The notes below the pieces were generated by a model, which saw only the letters and a program-made list of their open reading frames with translations, was not told the origin of the DNA and searched no databases. A DNA stretch of 64,000 bases from positions 38,895 through 102,894 of the IMG/VR virus record IMGVR_UViG_3300035498_000404. One strand, given 5' to 3'. The stretch comes from a virus. Lineage: Duplodnaviria; Caudoviricetes. Made by a program: the position numbers and the translations under genes. Below, piece after piece: positions 31,840 through 42,800 of the stretch. The first letter of the stretch is position 1. Every line of letters starts with the position of its first letter.

Positions 31840-31856
31840 GCGTTTAACTTTTTTAT

Positions 31857-32438
31857 TTAGGATTCTACGATATTTCCCATTCGGTCAAATTCAATATTGT
31901 TTTCTTTATTCCATAAATCAATATTTATTTTTAGCTTTTCTTGAATTTCCTCTTCAGTTGGCTTAGAATCAATTGGATTACAATAATCTACCTCAAAATC
32001 ATTGCTATAAAACATAGCATCCAACACCGTTCTATAACAACGCATATTCGGACAGTATCTTGGATTTCCAAAAATCTTCATATCATCGTCATTAAAAAAC
32101 TTCATTAGCGCAGCACCAACTCCTGCTGAACGACTAACTCCTGCGTCGCATTGAACAATAATTCTTTCGTAATTCTCTCTAAAACATTTCAGAACAAAAC
32201 TTCTAATATTCTCAGCATCATCTTTTGTAATGCCGCATTCATATTTAGAATCTTCTTCGCAATCATCAAAGCATAAATACAAAACAGAAAATTTGATATT
32301 ATTACTTTCTTTTTCAACCTTAGAAGTATCTAAAGCAGTGCTTGTATGACTTCTAATAGAAATTATTCCTGTATTTTGTTCAATGGGATATGTTAGCAAG
32401 ACTTCCAATGCTAATTTGCTCATAACAAAAATTTCCAC
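31857..32438 (-). CDS. CX5R (tyrosine/dual-specificity-like) phosphatase
   Basis: FDD and QCDAGVSRS motifs. Confidence 0.8.
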   Translation of the reverse strand: MEIFVMSKLALEVLLTYPIEQNTGIISIRSHTSTALDTSKVEKESNNIKFSVLYLCFDDCEEDSKYECGITKDDAENIRSFVLKCFRENYERIIVQCDAGVSRSAGVGAALMKFFNDDDMKIFGNPRYCPNMRCYRTVLDAMFYSNDFEVDYCNPIDSKPTEEEIQEKLKINIDLWNKENNIEFDRMGNIVES

Positions 32439-32464
32439 TTATGATACCTCCCTTTTGTAAAAAT

Positions 32465-32716
32465 TTACTTTTCTTCCTTATATTCATTAAGCATTTCTAC
32501 TATTGTTTTAACATAACCAAAATAATAATATGTGGCATATATAGGCCAAAACATACACAGCGACATAACTGTTTTAGTTCTAAAATAATTACTCTTATCT
32601 TTAAAATAATTATATAAAGCGTCACTATTTACTGTATTTTCAGCAAAAGCTGCGCCGACCATAATGTACGCCCAAATTACTAAAATGGCAATAATTATTT
32701 TAATTACTATCGACAT
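32465..32716 (-). CDS. Hypothetical membrane protein
   Basis: Two hydrophobic segments. Confidence 0.55.
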   Translation of the reverse strand: MSIVIKIIIAILVIWAYIMVGAAFAENTVNSDALYNYFKDKSNYFRTKTVMSLCMFWPIYATYYYFGYVKTIVEMLNEYKEEK

Positions 32717-32852
32717 TTTCTTTTATTTCCTCTTTCTCGTTTAGCTCTTTAATTTCTGCGTCTTCTGCTTTCGCCGTCTCTGCTAAATTAGAAATCTTAT
32801 CTTTTAAACTTTCAAATATCTTATTTTGTACAAAACGCATATTATCCTCCAT

Positions 32853-33461
32853 TTAGTATTCTTTATATAATCTGTATTTGCAGTTCTCTAATAATTTATC
32901 TTTAGGAACAATAACATTTATGGGTTGTTCTGGAAGTATATCTTCACTATATACAATTTTCACGCCATTTTCTAAATACAAATATCTTTTTCTTCTATTA
33001 TAAGATTGAAAAATTTTCCACTTTTCAACATTCTCTTGCTTAGTTATTTCAAGAAGCTCCTTGTTATTATAACCAATAATGTTATGTATAGCTTCTTTTG
33101 AAATAATTATACATTCTAAAGAAGACAAATTATATATATCATTTGTTTTAGAACGAGGATATATCAAAGCATAATAATCATTTATCATGTTGCTTTTTAC
33201 AAACCATCCAAGTCTGTTCTTATATCTTACCTCAAAAGAATAAGTGGACAAGTCTCTTGTGAGATATTTAATTGCAGCCTTTTCATCTATACATAGTTCT
33301 TCTTTGTTTTGGTCGATTAATACCAAATCTATCCCATGAATTTGTTCAAATCTATCATCTATTCTTCTAATATAAAATCCAGAATCAGCGTAAAGTTTAT
33401 CCATCTCTTTGGCAATAATTTCTTCCCCTAGAGAATCGTTCGCCCTGTCTGATATATACAT
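32853..33461 (-). CDS. Hypothetical PD-(D/E)XK-like protein
   Basis: GIDL..IDEK pattern; ATG 33461 after GGAGG. Confidence 0.5.
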   Translation of the reverse strand: MYISDRANDSLGEEIIAKEMDKLYADSGFYIRRIDDRFEQIHGIDLVLIDQNKEELCIDEKAAIKYLTRDLSTYSFEVRYKNRLGWFVKSNMINDYYALIYPRSKTNDIYNLSSLECIIISKEAIHNIIGYNNKELLEITKQENVEKWKIFQSYNRRKRYLYLENGVKIVYSEDILPEQPINVIVPKDKLLENCKYRLYKEY

Positions 33462-33635
33462 TGGCTCACACCTCCGTATCAAAGTCTATGAATGTTCCAT
33501 CTTCATTAAATAATACTTTTAACTTAGGGCTACCATTTGTTTTTAGAATTTCTATGCCATTTTCAAAATGTGATATATTATATACCAAATCTAATCCCAT
33601 ACTTCGCAAGAATATAAGCCATAATTCAAAATCAT

Positions 33636-34385
33636 TCAAGCCAAACTCTCCTTTAGCTTAGAATATTTGTCTTTAACCTCTACTGCTTTACCACAGGACA
33701 TTCCACCCTCTGTACACGTACCACATACACAATTCGGGCCAGATTTCGCAAAAATATGAGGCGCAATAGGATAAACGAGCTTTAACATTTCGTCGGCCAA
33801 ATTGCGAATTTCAAGCTGTGCTCTGTTACAACAACGCATACTAAAGAAATGATTTAATTCTCTCGCATTCATTGTTAAAACGAGAGAAGTCTGAGTGGCT
33901 TCTGGTAAAACATATCGAGCGTCTTCCTGCGCCTTTTTTTGTGCGTCTCGTTCATTCATACCGTTTTCAATATACTCACGAACGAGTTCATTTTTCAATT
34001 CTTTATAGTAGAATAACGCAGAAGCAGTAGCTTCATTAAAAATTTCATGGGTTGTGCCATTATTTTTGATTGCTTCTGGTTCAACAAATTCAGTAGAATC
34101 CATTGATACATAACGTTGGCTACGAACACTCATACTTGCCAAACGATGTCTTGATAGCTGCGCCAAAAGCGACCTAGAAACTCCACTAATAGAAAATGTG
34201 AATACGGCCATTTCAGTAGGTGAAGCATGACCTAAATTACTCAGTCTATCAAGAAATGTCCCCACTTTTTCGTCTGTTAGTCCCTCCATAAGTTTATCAG
34301 GGTCATAAGAGGAATAACATTCCTTTGCAGCACAAGCAACAACTTTTTCAGGTTCAGGGGTGTAAGCTAATAGTTTAACAGTCAT
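33636..34385 (-). CDS. thyX: FAD-dependent thymidylate synthase
   Basis: GHASP.E, QLSRHR..S..SQRY, EDARY.LP, AQLEIR. Confidence 0.95.
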   Translation of the reverse strand: MTVKLLAYTPEPEKVVACAAKECYSSYDPDKLMEGLTDEKVGTFLDRLSNLGHASPTEMAVFTFSISGVSRSLLAQLSRHRLASMSVRSQRYVSMDSTEFVEPEAIKNNGTTHEIFNEATASALFYYKELKNELVREYIENGMNERDAQKKAQEDARYVLPEATQTSLVLTMNARELNHFFSMRCCNRAQLEIRNLADEMLKLVYPIAPHIFAKSGPNCVCGTCTEGGMSCGKAVEVKDKYSKLKESLA

Positions 34386-34396
34386 ATTTTTCTCCT

Positions 34397-34615
34397 TTAA
34401 GAATTGCGACATCTAGCGTAGATTTCTTCGCATATCATATTATATTGAGCTGTGATAATCTTGAACACCTTATCATACGGATTAATAAACTTAATCTCGT
34501 CATAATAATAGGCCATCAGAGGATAAAGGTCATCTTCTGACATTTCATGAATTTCTTCGTCAGTATAAATTGTATAAGTATGCTTTGTATTATTTGTATA
34601 TTCGATATTATCCAT
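34397..34615 (-). CDS. Hypothetical protein
   Basis: ORF packed within the operon. Confidence 0.5.
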   Translation of the reverse strand: MDNIEYTNNTKHTYTIYTDEEIHEMSEDDLYPLMAYYYDEIKFINPYDKVFKIITAQYNMICEEIYARCRNS

Positions 34616-35246
34616 CTAATTTATTCCTCTTGTTCACTTCGTTACAAGCCAATCTTAGAATTTCAATACGCTTCATATCGTCCAAAGTATTTGCCAGATA
34701 CGTAATTGTTCTAGGCGTATAATTCATGTAGTCCTTCATACACCCCACATTAATTATATTTCCTAGATTACAACAATCAGAATCCGTCCACATTTGAGTT
34801 CGCCACTTAGACAAATAAATATCCTCAGTCGTTACATGAACATGACCACAAAGCATAATTACATCAGGATTATTAGAGTGCTTATAGAGATTAATAGGAT
34901 AATGACACAAAATTACACTCTTGTCGCCATCTGTAATCTCCTTATAAGGTTTAATATCATTCACCCTATTTTTAATTGCAGAAGGGTAAGAATGCAAGTC
35001 ATGATTGCCCTGAATCAGCACCTTATTCCCGTTTAGCGCATCTAACAACCGACACCATTCAGCAATATCTTTGCTCCAACAAAAATCTCCTAAATGATAA
35101 ACTGTGTCTTCATTAGAAACTACGTCATTCCAACGCTTAATAATCTCCTGTTCCATCTCTTCTGTACCAGAAAATGGCCGAGAATCAAAGCGAATTACAT
35201 TCTTGTGACCAAAATGTAAATCACTTATATAAAAATTTTTCCCCAT
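34608..35246 (-). CDS. Calcineurin-like metallophosphoesterase
   Basis: SDLH, LGD, GNHD, GHVH. Confidence 0.9.
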   Translation of the reverse strand: MGKNFYISDLHFGHKNVIRFDSRPFSGTEEMEQEIIKRWNDVVSNEDTVYHLGDFCWSKDIAEWCRLLDALNGNKVLIQGNHDLHSYPSAIKNRVNDIKPYKEITDGDKSVILCHYPINLYKHSNNPDVIMLCGHVHVTTEDIYLSKWRTQMWTDSDCCNLGNIINVGCMKDYMNYTPRTITYLANTLDDMKRIEILRLACNEVNKRNKLDG

Positions 35247-35419
35247 ATTATTCTCCCTTATTATTGTTCAAAGTTTCTTCCTCTATACGAGAAATTGTTC
35301 CAGAAACTTTTAAGCAACAAGCTGTAATGAAAAGAACGAATGCGATAGACCAGCCAATAATTGATGCAATTAAACCAACCATGTTCTCACCTCGTTATAT
35401 AATATTTTGTCCTAATATA

Positions 35420-35448
35420 ATTATATCACAAAAGCCAAGATTTGTCAA
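35420..35448 (-). promoter_or_regulatory. Sigma-A promoter
   Basis: TTGACA-17-TGnTATAAT. Confidence 0.85.
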
Positions 35449-35480
35449 GTGCTTTTGTGATATTTTTCAAAAATATTTAA

Positions 35481-35915
35481 TTACTTTATATAGGTAGAAT
35501 TTGAATTACCCAATCCCATTCTGTGCATAGCCGTGTAATATTCTTCCGTTTTCCCATCTTCCTCTATCTGAACACCAAGGTTCTGAGTGATTTGAGCCAT
35601 AATAGCGTCATAGATTTCCTTAGATTCAGGCGAGAGGACTTTTCTTTGCTTATTTTGAGCCTCATAAATCTGTTTCTGCAAACAGTACCCCTCTAATTCC
35701 CACAGCTTGTTCATAATCTTTTGCTTACAAATGTTTACTCCAACATTTTCGTCATAATTATCAGGAGATACACTGGCACTGGAAGCAGTCAAAACAAAGC
35801 CATTTTTGAGTTTTACAGTCATTACAGTACACTTATCAAACTCGGTAGTCCAAGTAACTTCTGCCTCATTATAGAGGGTATCAATATCATTCTGAGTAAC
35901 ACTGTCTTTTAGCAT
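35481..35915 (-). CDS. Phage Gp49/Gp66-like protein
   Basis: LKNGF..SASVSPDNYD..G..KLWELEGY. Confidence 0.75.
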   Translation of the reverse strand: MLKDSVTQNDIDTLYNEAEVTWTTEFDKCTVMTVKLKNGFVLTASSASVSPDNYDENVGVNICKQKIMNKLWELEGYCLQKQIYEAQNKQRKVLSPESKEIYDAIMAQITQNLGVQIEEDGKTEEYYTAMHRMGLGNSNSTYIK

Positions 35916-35942
35916 ATTTATTCTCCTTTATTCTTAGAACTA

Positions 35943-36728
35943 TTACTTGCCAGTAGAGCCGAATCCACCAGTTCTTTCAGCGGTAGTATTGTCATCATCG
36001 GTCACAAAATACTGAACGAAGATTCCCTGCATATATCTATCGCCAGCATTAATTCGCACGTTGTCCTTTTCTAAATTTTCAATACGAATCTTAGCCATCA
36101 TATGTCCCTCATTATCAGCATTGTAGTAATCCAATTTGTTACCCTAAAGGCTTTTTATCCTCTAGTTCTTATGATTTCTCATAAAGTTCAGCATATATTT
36201 TCAATTCCAAAGAATTGCCGGACACTCGTGGGGAAATTATATTTATTCATTCTCTATGCGTTACGGTGCTTATAAACCTATTCGATATTTTATAAGTTAC
36301 CTCGGTATTACCATGTCAATTTTGATTTAGGCTTCACCGATTTTGCCCAGTTTAGAGACGCCAATTACATATTAAAACATATATAATATGTTTTAATAAA
36401 ATTAAAGTCTAGCGTCTACTAATCCTAAAGTATTTGAGAGCCGCATATAATGCTTCATTCCAAGTCCAGACCGGGGCATTAACAACAATGCCTTATCAGA
36501 ATCCATAGTGACGCGAACGCCAGTAGGAATAGTAATTTCTGTCATGCTATCGAGTGACATACTAAAGGGTGCATAAAAGTCATATCCTGCACTATGCGCA
36601 GTAGACCGAGTAGGAAGTTTCAGATTGTCATAGAACTCTTTAATATCTGTTTCTGATACTTCATCACCGAAAATCTTAATATAATCCTTCTTAAACTGTT
36701 CATAAGAAACCTTTTCAAACTGAATCAT
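35943..36728 (-). CDS. dut: Trimeric dUTPase, two exons (36728-36411, 36131-35943), 168 aa
   Basis: SAGYD, PRSGLG, G.VDA|DYY, QGIF, RTGGFGSTG. Confidence 0.92.
36132..36410 (-). mobile_element. Group I intron in dUTPase (279 nt, no ORF)
   Basis: P1 AGACGCU/GGCGUCU; aatcggtgaa..aataccgag..gtaacgcata..atatgctgaac; terminal G; restores motif III. Confidence 0.88.
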
Positions 36729-36729
36729 T

Positions 36730-37248
36730 TTATTCCTCCACAAGTTCACCATTAATACCATGTAAATATCTTACAAATGATACTGCTTTTTTGTCTAATG
36801 ATTCTAAATCAGAATTGTTATTTAGGACAAAATCATAGTGGGCATATCCTTCGACAAATCTATCAGAATCGTTGCTTATTTCGCTGTCGTTATTTGGTCT
36901 ACGTACAATGAGTGTATAAGCCTTATATTTATTTACAATCCGAGAAATATCATTTGATTCACGGATATGGATAAACATAATTTCTTCTTCACTGTTTTTA
37001 AATTCTTGAATTGCCTCTTCTGTTTTCCTAAACGGAATATCATCAAATCTAGTTAATAATTCTTTTAGTCTACTAAGAAAAAGTCTGGATTTATCTGTTT
37101 TGTTTCCGTCCCATCCTGCAAATTTAGCAACTTCTTTCACAAAATCAACAGAAGAAAAATTCTTTACTTTTGCATATTTTCCGACATATTCTGCAAAAGT
37201 GTCTTTACCACTTTTAGGCAATCCGTTAATTACGATAATAACTTTTAT
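36730..37248 (-). CDS. P-loop nucleotide monophosphate kinase-like protein
   Basis: INGLPKSGKDT; frame extends to an ATA codon behind AAGGAGG. Confidence 0.65.
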   Translation of the reverse strand: MKVIIVINGLPKSGKDTFAEYVGKYAKVKNFSSVDFVKEVAKFAGWDGNKTDKSRLFLSRLKELLTRFDDIPFRKTEEAIQEFKNSEEEIMFIHIRESNDISRIVNKYKAYTLIVRRPNNDSEISNDSDRFVEGYAHYDFVLNNNSDLESLDKKAVSFVRYLHGINGELVEE

Positions 37249-37263
37249 AAGAATCGCCTCCTT

Positions 37264-37500
37264 TTATTCCTCTACAACAATCAAATCATCATTATAGAAC
37301 AACCATTTAACTTCCGAAGGGTCTTCTTCAAGTGTATATAAAATACCAGTAATCTTACCGAAAATTTCTTCTCTCGCAGTAAATGTTTTGTCTTTTGCAT
37401 AGTTCAAAAATTTAATATATTTCTTGGAGAAACTTCTTTTTCTATTTAGAATCTTTCCAATATCAATTTTGACTTTCTTTCCATCAATATTCGTTTCCAT
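37264..37500 (-). CDS. Hypothetical protein
   Basis: GGAGG SD; operon packing. Confidence 0.6.
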   Translation of the reverse strand: METNIDGKKVKIDIGKILNRKRSFSKKYIKFLNYAKDKTFTAREEIFGKITGILYTLEEDPSEVKWLFYNDDLIVVEE

Positions 37501-38251
37501 TTAATTCCTCCATTCGTTCCCTAATTCTATCCTGTGCAATACCAAAATATGCTTCGTCTAATTCAATACCAATAAAACTTCTTTTAGTATTTAGACAGGC
37601 AATACCAGTAGAACCACTTCCCATTGAATTGTCAAGGACTATATCATTTTCATTTGTATATGTTCTAATAAGATATTCTAATAAATCCACTGGTTTTTGA
37701 GTTGGATGATAGCAATTTCTGCCGTGATTTACATTAGAATATTCCAGAACTGTTTTGGGATAGAATAATCCACCATTTGATTCGTGAACATAATTCTTTT
37801 TCTCGCCAGTTTTCTGGAATACTCCATTAGACCTATCATGGTTATTTCTTTGAATTTTAGCACCAGTAAACTCACCATCTGTACGCATTTGAGGATTGTA
37901 CGTTGGGAGTTTTTTATAAAACACAACAATATCTTCCGTCCAATTCATAAATTGCTTTTTGGCATTAAACACATTCGTTGGGCGCGTTTTCAACCACGTC
38001 AATTTTTGTCTATACATTTCCAAATTACTTAGGATAAGATTGCTGGTAAATGGCTCAGTACCAAATAGAACAATTGCACCATTTTCTTTTATAATTCTAT
38101 TATACTGTGTCCACAAAGATTCAAATGGAATTATCACGTCCCATTTACATTTTGTAGTACCATATGGTAAGTCACAAAGAATCATATCAATAGAGCCATC
38201 TGGAATATCTTGCATTGCCTTTAAACAATTGTCGTTTATCAAATTAATCAT
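37484..38251 (-). CDS. N6/N4 DNA methyltransferase (beta class)
   Basis: DLPY, HPTQKP, MGSGSTG. Confidence 0.9.
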   Translation of the reverse strand: MINLINDNCLKAMQDIPDGSIDMILCDLPYGTTKCKWDVIIPFESLWTQYNRIIKENGAIVLFGTEPFTSNLILSNLEMYRQKLTWLKTRPTNVFNAKKQFMNWTEDIVVFYKKLPTYNPQMRTDGEFTGAKIQRNNHDRSNGVFQKTGEKKNYVHESNGGLFYPKTVLEYSNVNHGRNCYHPTQKPVDLLEYLIRTYTNENDIVLDNSMGSGSTGIACLNTKRSFIGIELDEAYFGIAQDRIRERMEELNGNEY

Positions 38252-39029
38252 TGTTTAACGTCTCCATACAACTTTCAATTTTCTTTTGTGCAATATCAAA
38301 ATATTCTTTATTAATTTCACAGCCAATGAAATTTCTACCATTTAATACAGCCATTTTACCAGTTGTTCCACTTCCCATGAATGGGTCAAACACCATATCA
38401 TTTGGATTACTCCACGAAATAATATGGTCTTCCGCTAGTTTTTCTGGAAATACAGCAGGATGTTCTCCACCCTTTTCAGGTGGGATATACCACCAATTAT
38501 TTCTTTTAGAAAATGGAGAAGAAGCTTTTCGCTTTTCAATCTTAAAAGTCCCATCTTTATTTCTTCTGCCAATTCCACTTTTGTCAATACCATAAGACTT
38601 ATTTATTTTATCTTTAATTAAATTTGTGGTTTTTGGCCTACCCTTTGAGAAAACAAACATATATTCAAAATTCTGTGTATAGCACTTGTTGCTTCCAATT
38701 GCGCCGCCACCATCTTTAACCCAAATCATTGTGTTGTGTAAATTAAATCCGCACTTCATAAAGAATAAAGCTTGTCTGAAAGAAATTCCAGTCTCACTCC
38801 CATTAACTGTTGCATCATTTACAACCCACACAACACAGCCGCCACTTTTCGTAACTCGATAGAGTTCTTTAATAATATTTTCGCAAATTTCTGAATTAAA
38901 ATACTCCAAGCTCCCATTATAATCTCTTAGATTATCATATGGCGGTGAGGTAACTGTCAAATCAATAAATTCATCTGGAAAAGTTTTTATTGTTTCCAAA
39001 CAATCTTTGTTAATTAAATTAATCCCCAT
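38244..39029 (-). CDS. DNA methyltransferase (SPPY, likely m4C)
   Basis: TSPPY, HPAVFP, DPFMGSGTT. Confidence 0.9.
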   Translation of the reverse strand: MGINLINKDCLETIKTFPDEFIDLTVTSPPYDNLRDYNGSLEYFNSEICENIIKELYRVTKSGGCVVWVVNDATVNGSETGISFRQALFFMKCGFNLHNTMIWVKDGGGAIGSNKCYTQNFEYMFVFSKGRPKTTNLIKDKINKSYGIDKSGIGRRNKDGTFKIEKRKASSPFSKRNNWWYIPPEKGGEHPAVFPEKLAEDHIISWSNPNDMVFDPFMGSGTTGKMAVLNGRNFIGCEINKEYFDIAQKKIESCMETLNND

Positions 39030-39759
39030 TTAATTCCTCCATACGCTTCTCAATTTTATCTTGGGCTATTTCAAAATAATTTTCATCAAGTTCTATTCCG
39101 ATAAAATCTCTATTAGTATTCAGACAAGCGATTCCTGTATTTCCAGTTCCCATACAATTATCAAGAACGACTTCGCCCTCGTTGGTATAAGTCTTAATAA
39201 GATATTCTAAAAGGTCAACTGGCTTTTCTGTTGGATGAATCCTCATACTCGGAGGCGGCTTTTGAAATGACAAAATAGAAGAAGGATATTTCATATCGCC
39301 AACAGTCTGTACAGAAGAATAATCTCCGTAGTTATTATTATTTTTAGGAGACTTGCCAATTATCGTTCCTTTTGAATGACATGGAACGCCTTTGACTTTT
39401 TGAGGATTGTATGTTGGTTGACTTTTGTAGAACACCATAATGTCCTCGTGTTGTCTAAGAGGCTGTCTATTTGCGTTCAAGAATCCAGACTTTAATTGCT
39501 TGTCCCAAATTAAATTATATCTATGCATTTTCTCATTTGACAGCATCATTTTCGCAGTAAATTTATCCTGTCCAAATAAAAGAATTGCTCCGTTACTTTT
39601 AATGATACGATTATATTGTTTCCACAATTTATCAGGGTCAATAACGGCATCCCATTTGTTTCTAGTAATCCCATAAGGGAGGTCGCACAAAATCATATCA
39701 ATAGATTGGTCTGGAATATTTTGCATTAATTCCAGACAATCTCCACACCACAAATTCAT
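39019..39759 (-). CDS. N6/N4 DNA methyltransferase
   Basis: DLPY, HPTEKP, MGTGNTG. Confidence 0.9.
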   Translation of the reverse strand: MNLWCGDCLELMQNIPDQSIDMILCDLPYGITRNKWDAVIDPDKLWKQYNRIIKSNGAILLFGQDKFTAKMMLSNEKMHRYNLIWDKQLKSGFLNANRQPLRQHEDIMVFYKSQPTYNPQKVKGVPCHSKGTIIGKSPKNNNNYGDYSSVQTVGDMKYPSSILSFQKPPPSMRIHPTEKPVDLLEYLIKTYTNEGEVVLDNCMGTGNTGIACLNTNRDFIGIELDENYFEIAQDKIEKRMEELNGD

Positions 39760-39804
39760 AACTTCCTCCTAAAATAATATTGCATAAAATTGCCATTTTG
39801 TTTG

Positions 39805-42800
39805 TCACAGAACCAACTCATAAGCATTAATATAGAAGTAGCCTTTTCTATTTTTACTCCAATTTTTAATGTTTATAATGTCATTTTCATTAAACTTTTC
39901 TTTTTTATAAACACTATATGGGACTGTATAACTCGATTTCTTACCAGAACCAATAGATTGTGCTTCTATTGCAACAGCCCACGGAGTATTGTCTTCTTTT
40001 GACTTTAAAGTTCTCTTTTCAAGAACTATGACTTTAGGTCTATCCTCTTGTTTTCCAGTTTTAAGAGAAATATAGCCCATGTATTCTTTCTCGTCCTGAA
40101 TTTTCATCTTATAATGAAAATCCGTGACATTCTGACAACGAATATATTCTTCGCATTCTAAAAGAATATTATCACAATTCAATTTATTAAACTGTTTTTC
40201 GGTTTCATTCGCATTTCTTGCAATAATGCTATAAAGAGTTTGGTCTGTGATTTTATCCTTGTTTATTTGTTTTGAATTGCCTTGTTTGAAGAACACAAAA
40301 TTATTATAAATCAGCATCAACTCTCTTGCGTTCCCAAATTCACTAAAATAATCAAGCTTAATAAGAATCCCAAGTTGCCTTGCATCTATTCCTGTTGTTT
40401 GAACCGCCTTTAATACGTCGGTAAAATTATTAAAGGTCATATCACGCAATTCATATAAAGCATCAGAAACGGCGGCATTCATGTATTTGATACTGCTAGT
40501 TCCTTTATAAATGCAATTAGTATCTTCATCAAAGAAATATTCAGCCTTAGAATATCTGAATTTGGGAGAATTGATTTTTATACCAATTTTTTCCGCATAT
40601 TGAGTTGCATCATTTGTTTTATCAACGTCGCCATTCCACGCATTTAAACAAGACGTTAAATATTGTAAAGGATAATAATATCGTAACCACGCACATTCGT
40701 AAGAAATACAAGAATATGAGTAGTCGTGCCCACGTCCAAAAGCATATCTTGTGGCATCCAAAATACACTGCAAAAACGGTTCAATTATTTCGTCAGATTG
40801 CTCTTGTGTCAAATTGTATTTTATTTTGGCGTTTTTTTCAAATCCTTCTTTTATTTTAGGAAGTTGTTTTCTCGTCCCTTTCTTCTTTGCAACACACTTT
40901 CTAAGAGCATCTGATTCCAAGAATGAATATCCGCAAAATTTCTGTACAAATTCCATTTGCGTCTCTTGAAGAATTGGATAGCCCATTTCTGCCGCCAAAA
41001 CATCATCTATGTCTTTTATTCCTGTTTTCCTTACATTGCCTTCGGTAACAATTGGATAGACGTTTTTACCACACGGTCGAATAAGAGCATTAATATATGC
41101 CATCAAATCAAATTTTGTCATATTTGGCACATTTTCTTTGATTTTTGCCCAAATTTTTGGGGAATACATTTTTGACGCAGTTCTTTGTCCATAATTACTA
41201 TTCATTTGGAAAATCAAGGAAGTATCTTCTCTTATCGAATCCCAAACATTATCATCGTCAAATGTAAGATTTCTTGGGGATATTCTTTCAATTCCAGCAA
41301 GTTTACAAGAATCATTTACAATTTGGACAGTATCTAATTGGAGAATATCTTCTTTTACGAATCCAAGCGCATCCAATTGCTTCATGTCCAAACAGCATAC
41401 TTGATATGGATTTCCACTTAACATACAAGTACCAAGTTCTGTAATTATATCATGGTCTGTTACAAGAATTCCAGAGGGGTGAGTTCCTACGCTAACGATA
41501 GTGCCAATTACAATATCAACATATTTGAAAAGCTCTGGATATTTTTCTCGCCATTCATCATCAATTACGGTTTCCTTATTTTCATCGTCATTGATTTCAT
41601 GAACTGCTTTTGCAATTTCATCAACTTCTACTAACGACATATTTAATCCACGGCCAATATCTCTAATCGCTCCGCGTAATGCAATTGTGTTAAATGTGAT
41701 AATTTGTGCTGTTTGAACTTTCTCTAGTCCCAAATGACCATCAAGCATAAATTTTTTAATTTTTTCACTTGAACTTGGAGGCCAGTCTGTATCAACATCC
41801 GGGGCTGAATATTTATCTTTATCAAGAAAACGCCAGAAATAAAAACCATACTTTAATGGATTGACATCTGTAACACCTAACATATATAAAGCAAGAGAAG
41901 AAACCGCACTACCACGTCCCGGCCCGACAAAAATTCCGTTACTATTTGCCCACTGAATAATATAATCAATTAATAGAATATAGTCAACAGAATTAAGCGC
42001 GATAAACGTGTTAAATTCCAAATCAATTCTTTGCACGACTTCTTCCCTAGAAAATCCTTCATTCACAATTTTTTGAATTGCTTCTTCGGAATAAAGTTTG
42101 TTATAAAGAACTTCTTCTGGATTTTCATAAACTTTAGGAAACTTAAAGGATTTATCAAGTTCAAACGGCTCAATCATATCGGCCATAACATTTGTATTCT
42201 CAATAGCAGTCAAAAAAGTTTCTTCGTCTAAAACGCCCTGTATTCTAAAAGAAGAAACTAGCTCTTCGTATGTTTTAAATGTTAAATCCCAACCATCTTC
42301 TCCATCAAAATATACATTTTTGCCATTCTGCAATGCTTGGCGACCAATTTCATGTTCTTTGTTCAGGCAGTGCGTATCTGTTGCTGCAATTAACCGTATG
42401 CCAGTTTGTTTGCCAAGTTCATACATTTTTAAATTATATTCTTTTTGCGAATATGTATTATGATGTTGAATTTCAAGAAAACATCTGTTAGAATTATTCT
42501 TTAGAAAATCAATGAATCTCTTTTGTAATTCTTCGCTCCCTCTTCCCAAAATAGAAGCAATGCAAGCGGTACAAATAATAATATTATCACTTGTTTCAAC
42601 AAGTTCGTCAAATGTAATGCGTGGATTATAATAATAATGTCCATCTTCGCGATTAAATGCGGCACTAGAAAGAACATTTAGTTCTTTTACTCCCTCATAG
42701 TTTTTTGCAATTAAAACACAGTGATAATTGTCACGAACTTGTTTTGGCGTATCGCCTACATTCACAAATAATTTTTCTGTAACATAAAATTCCTGTGCAT

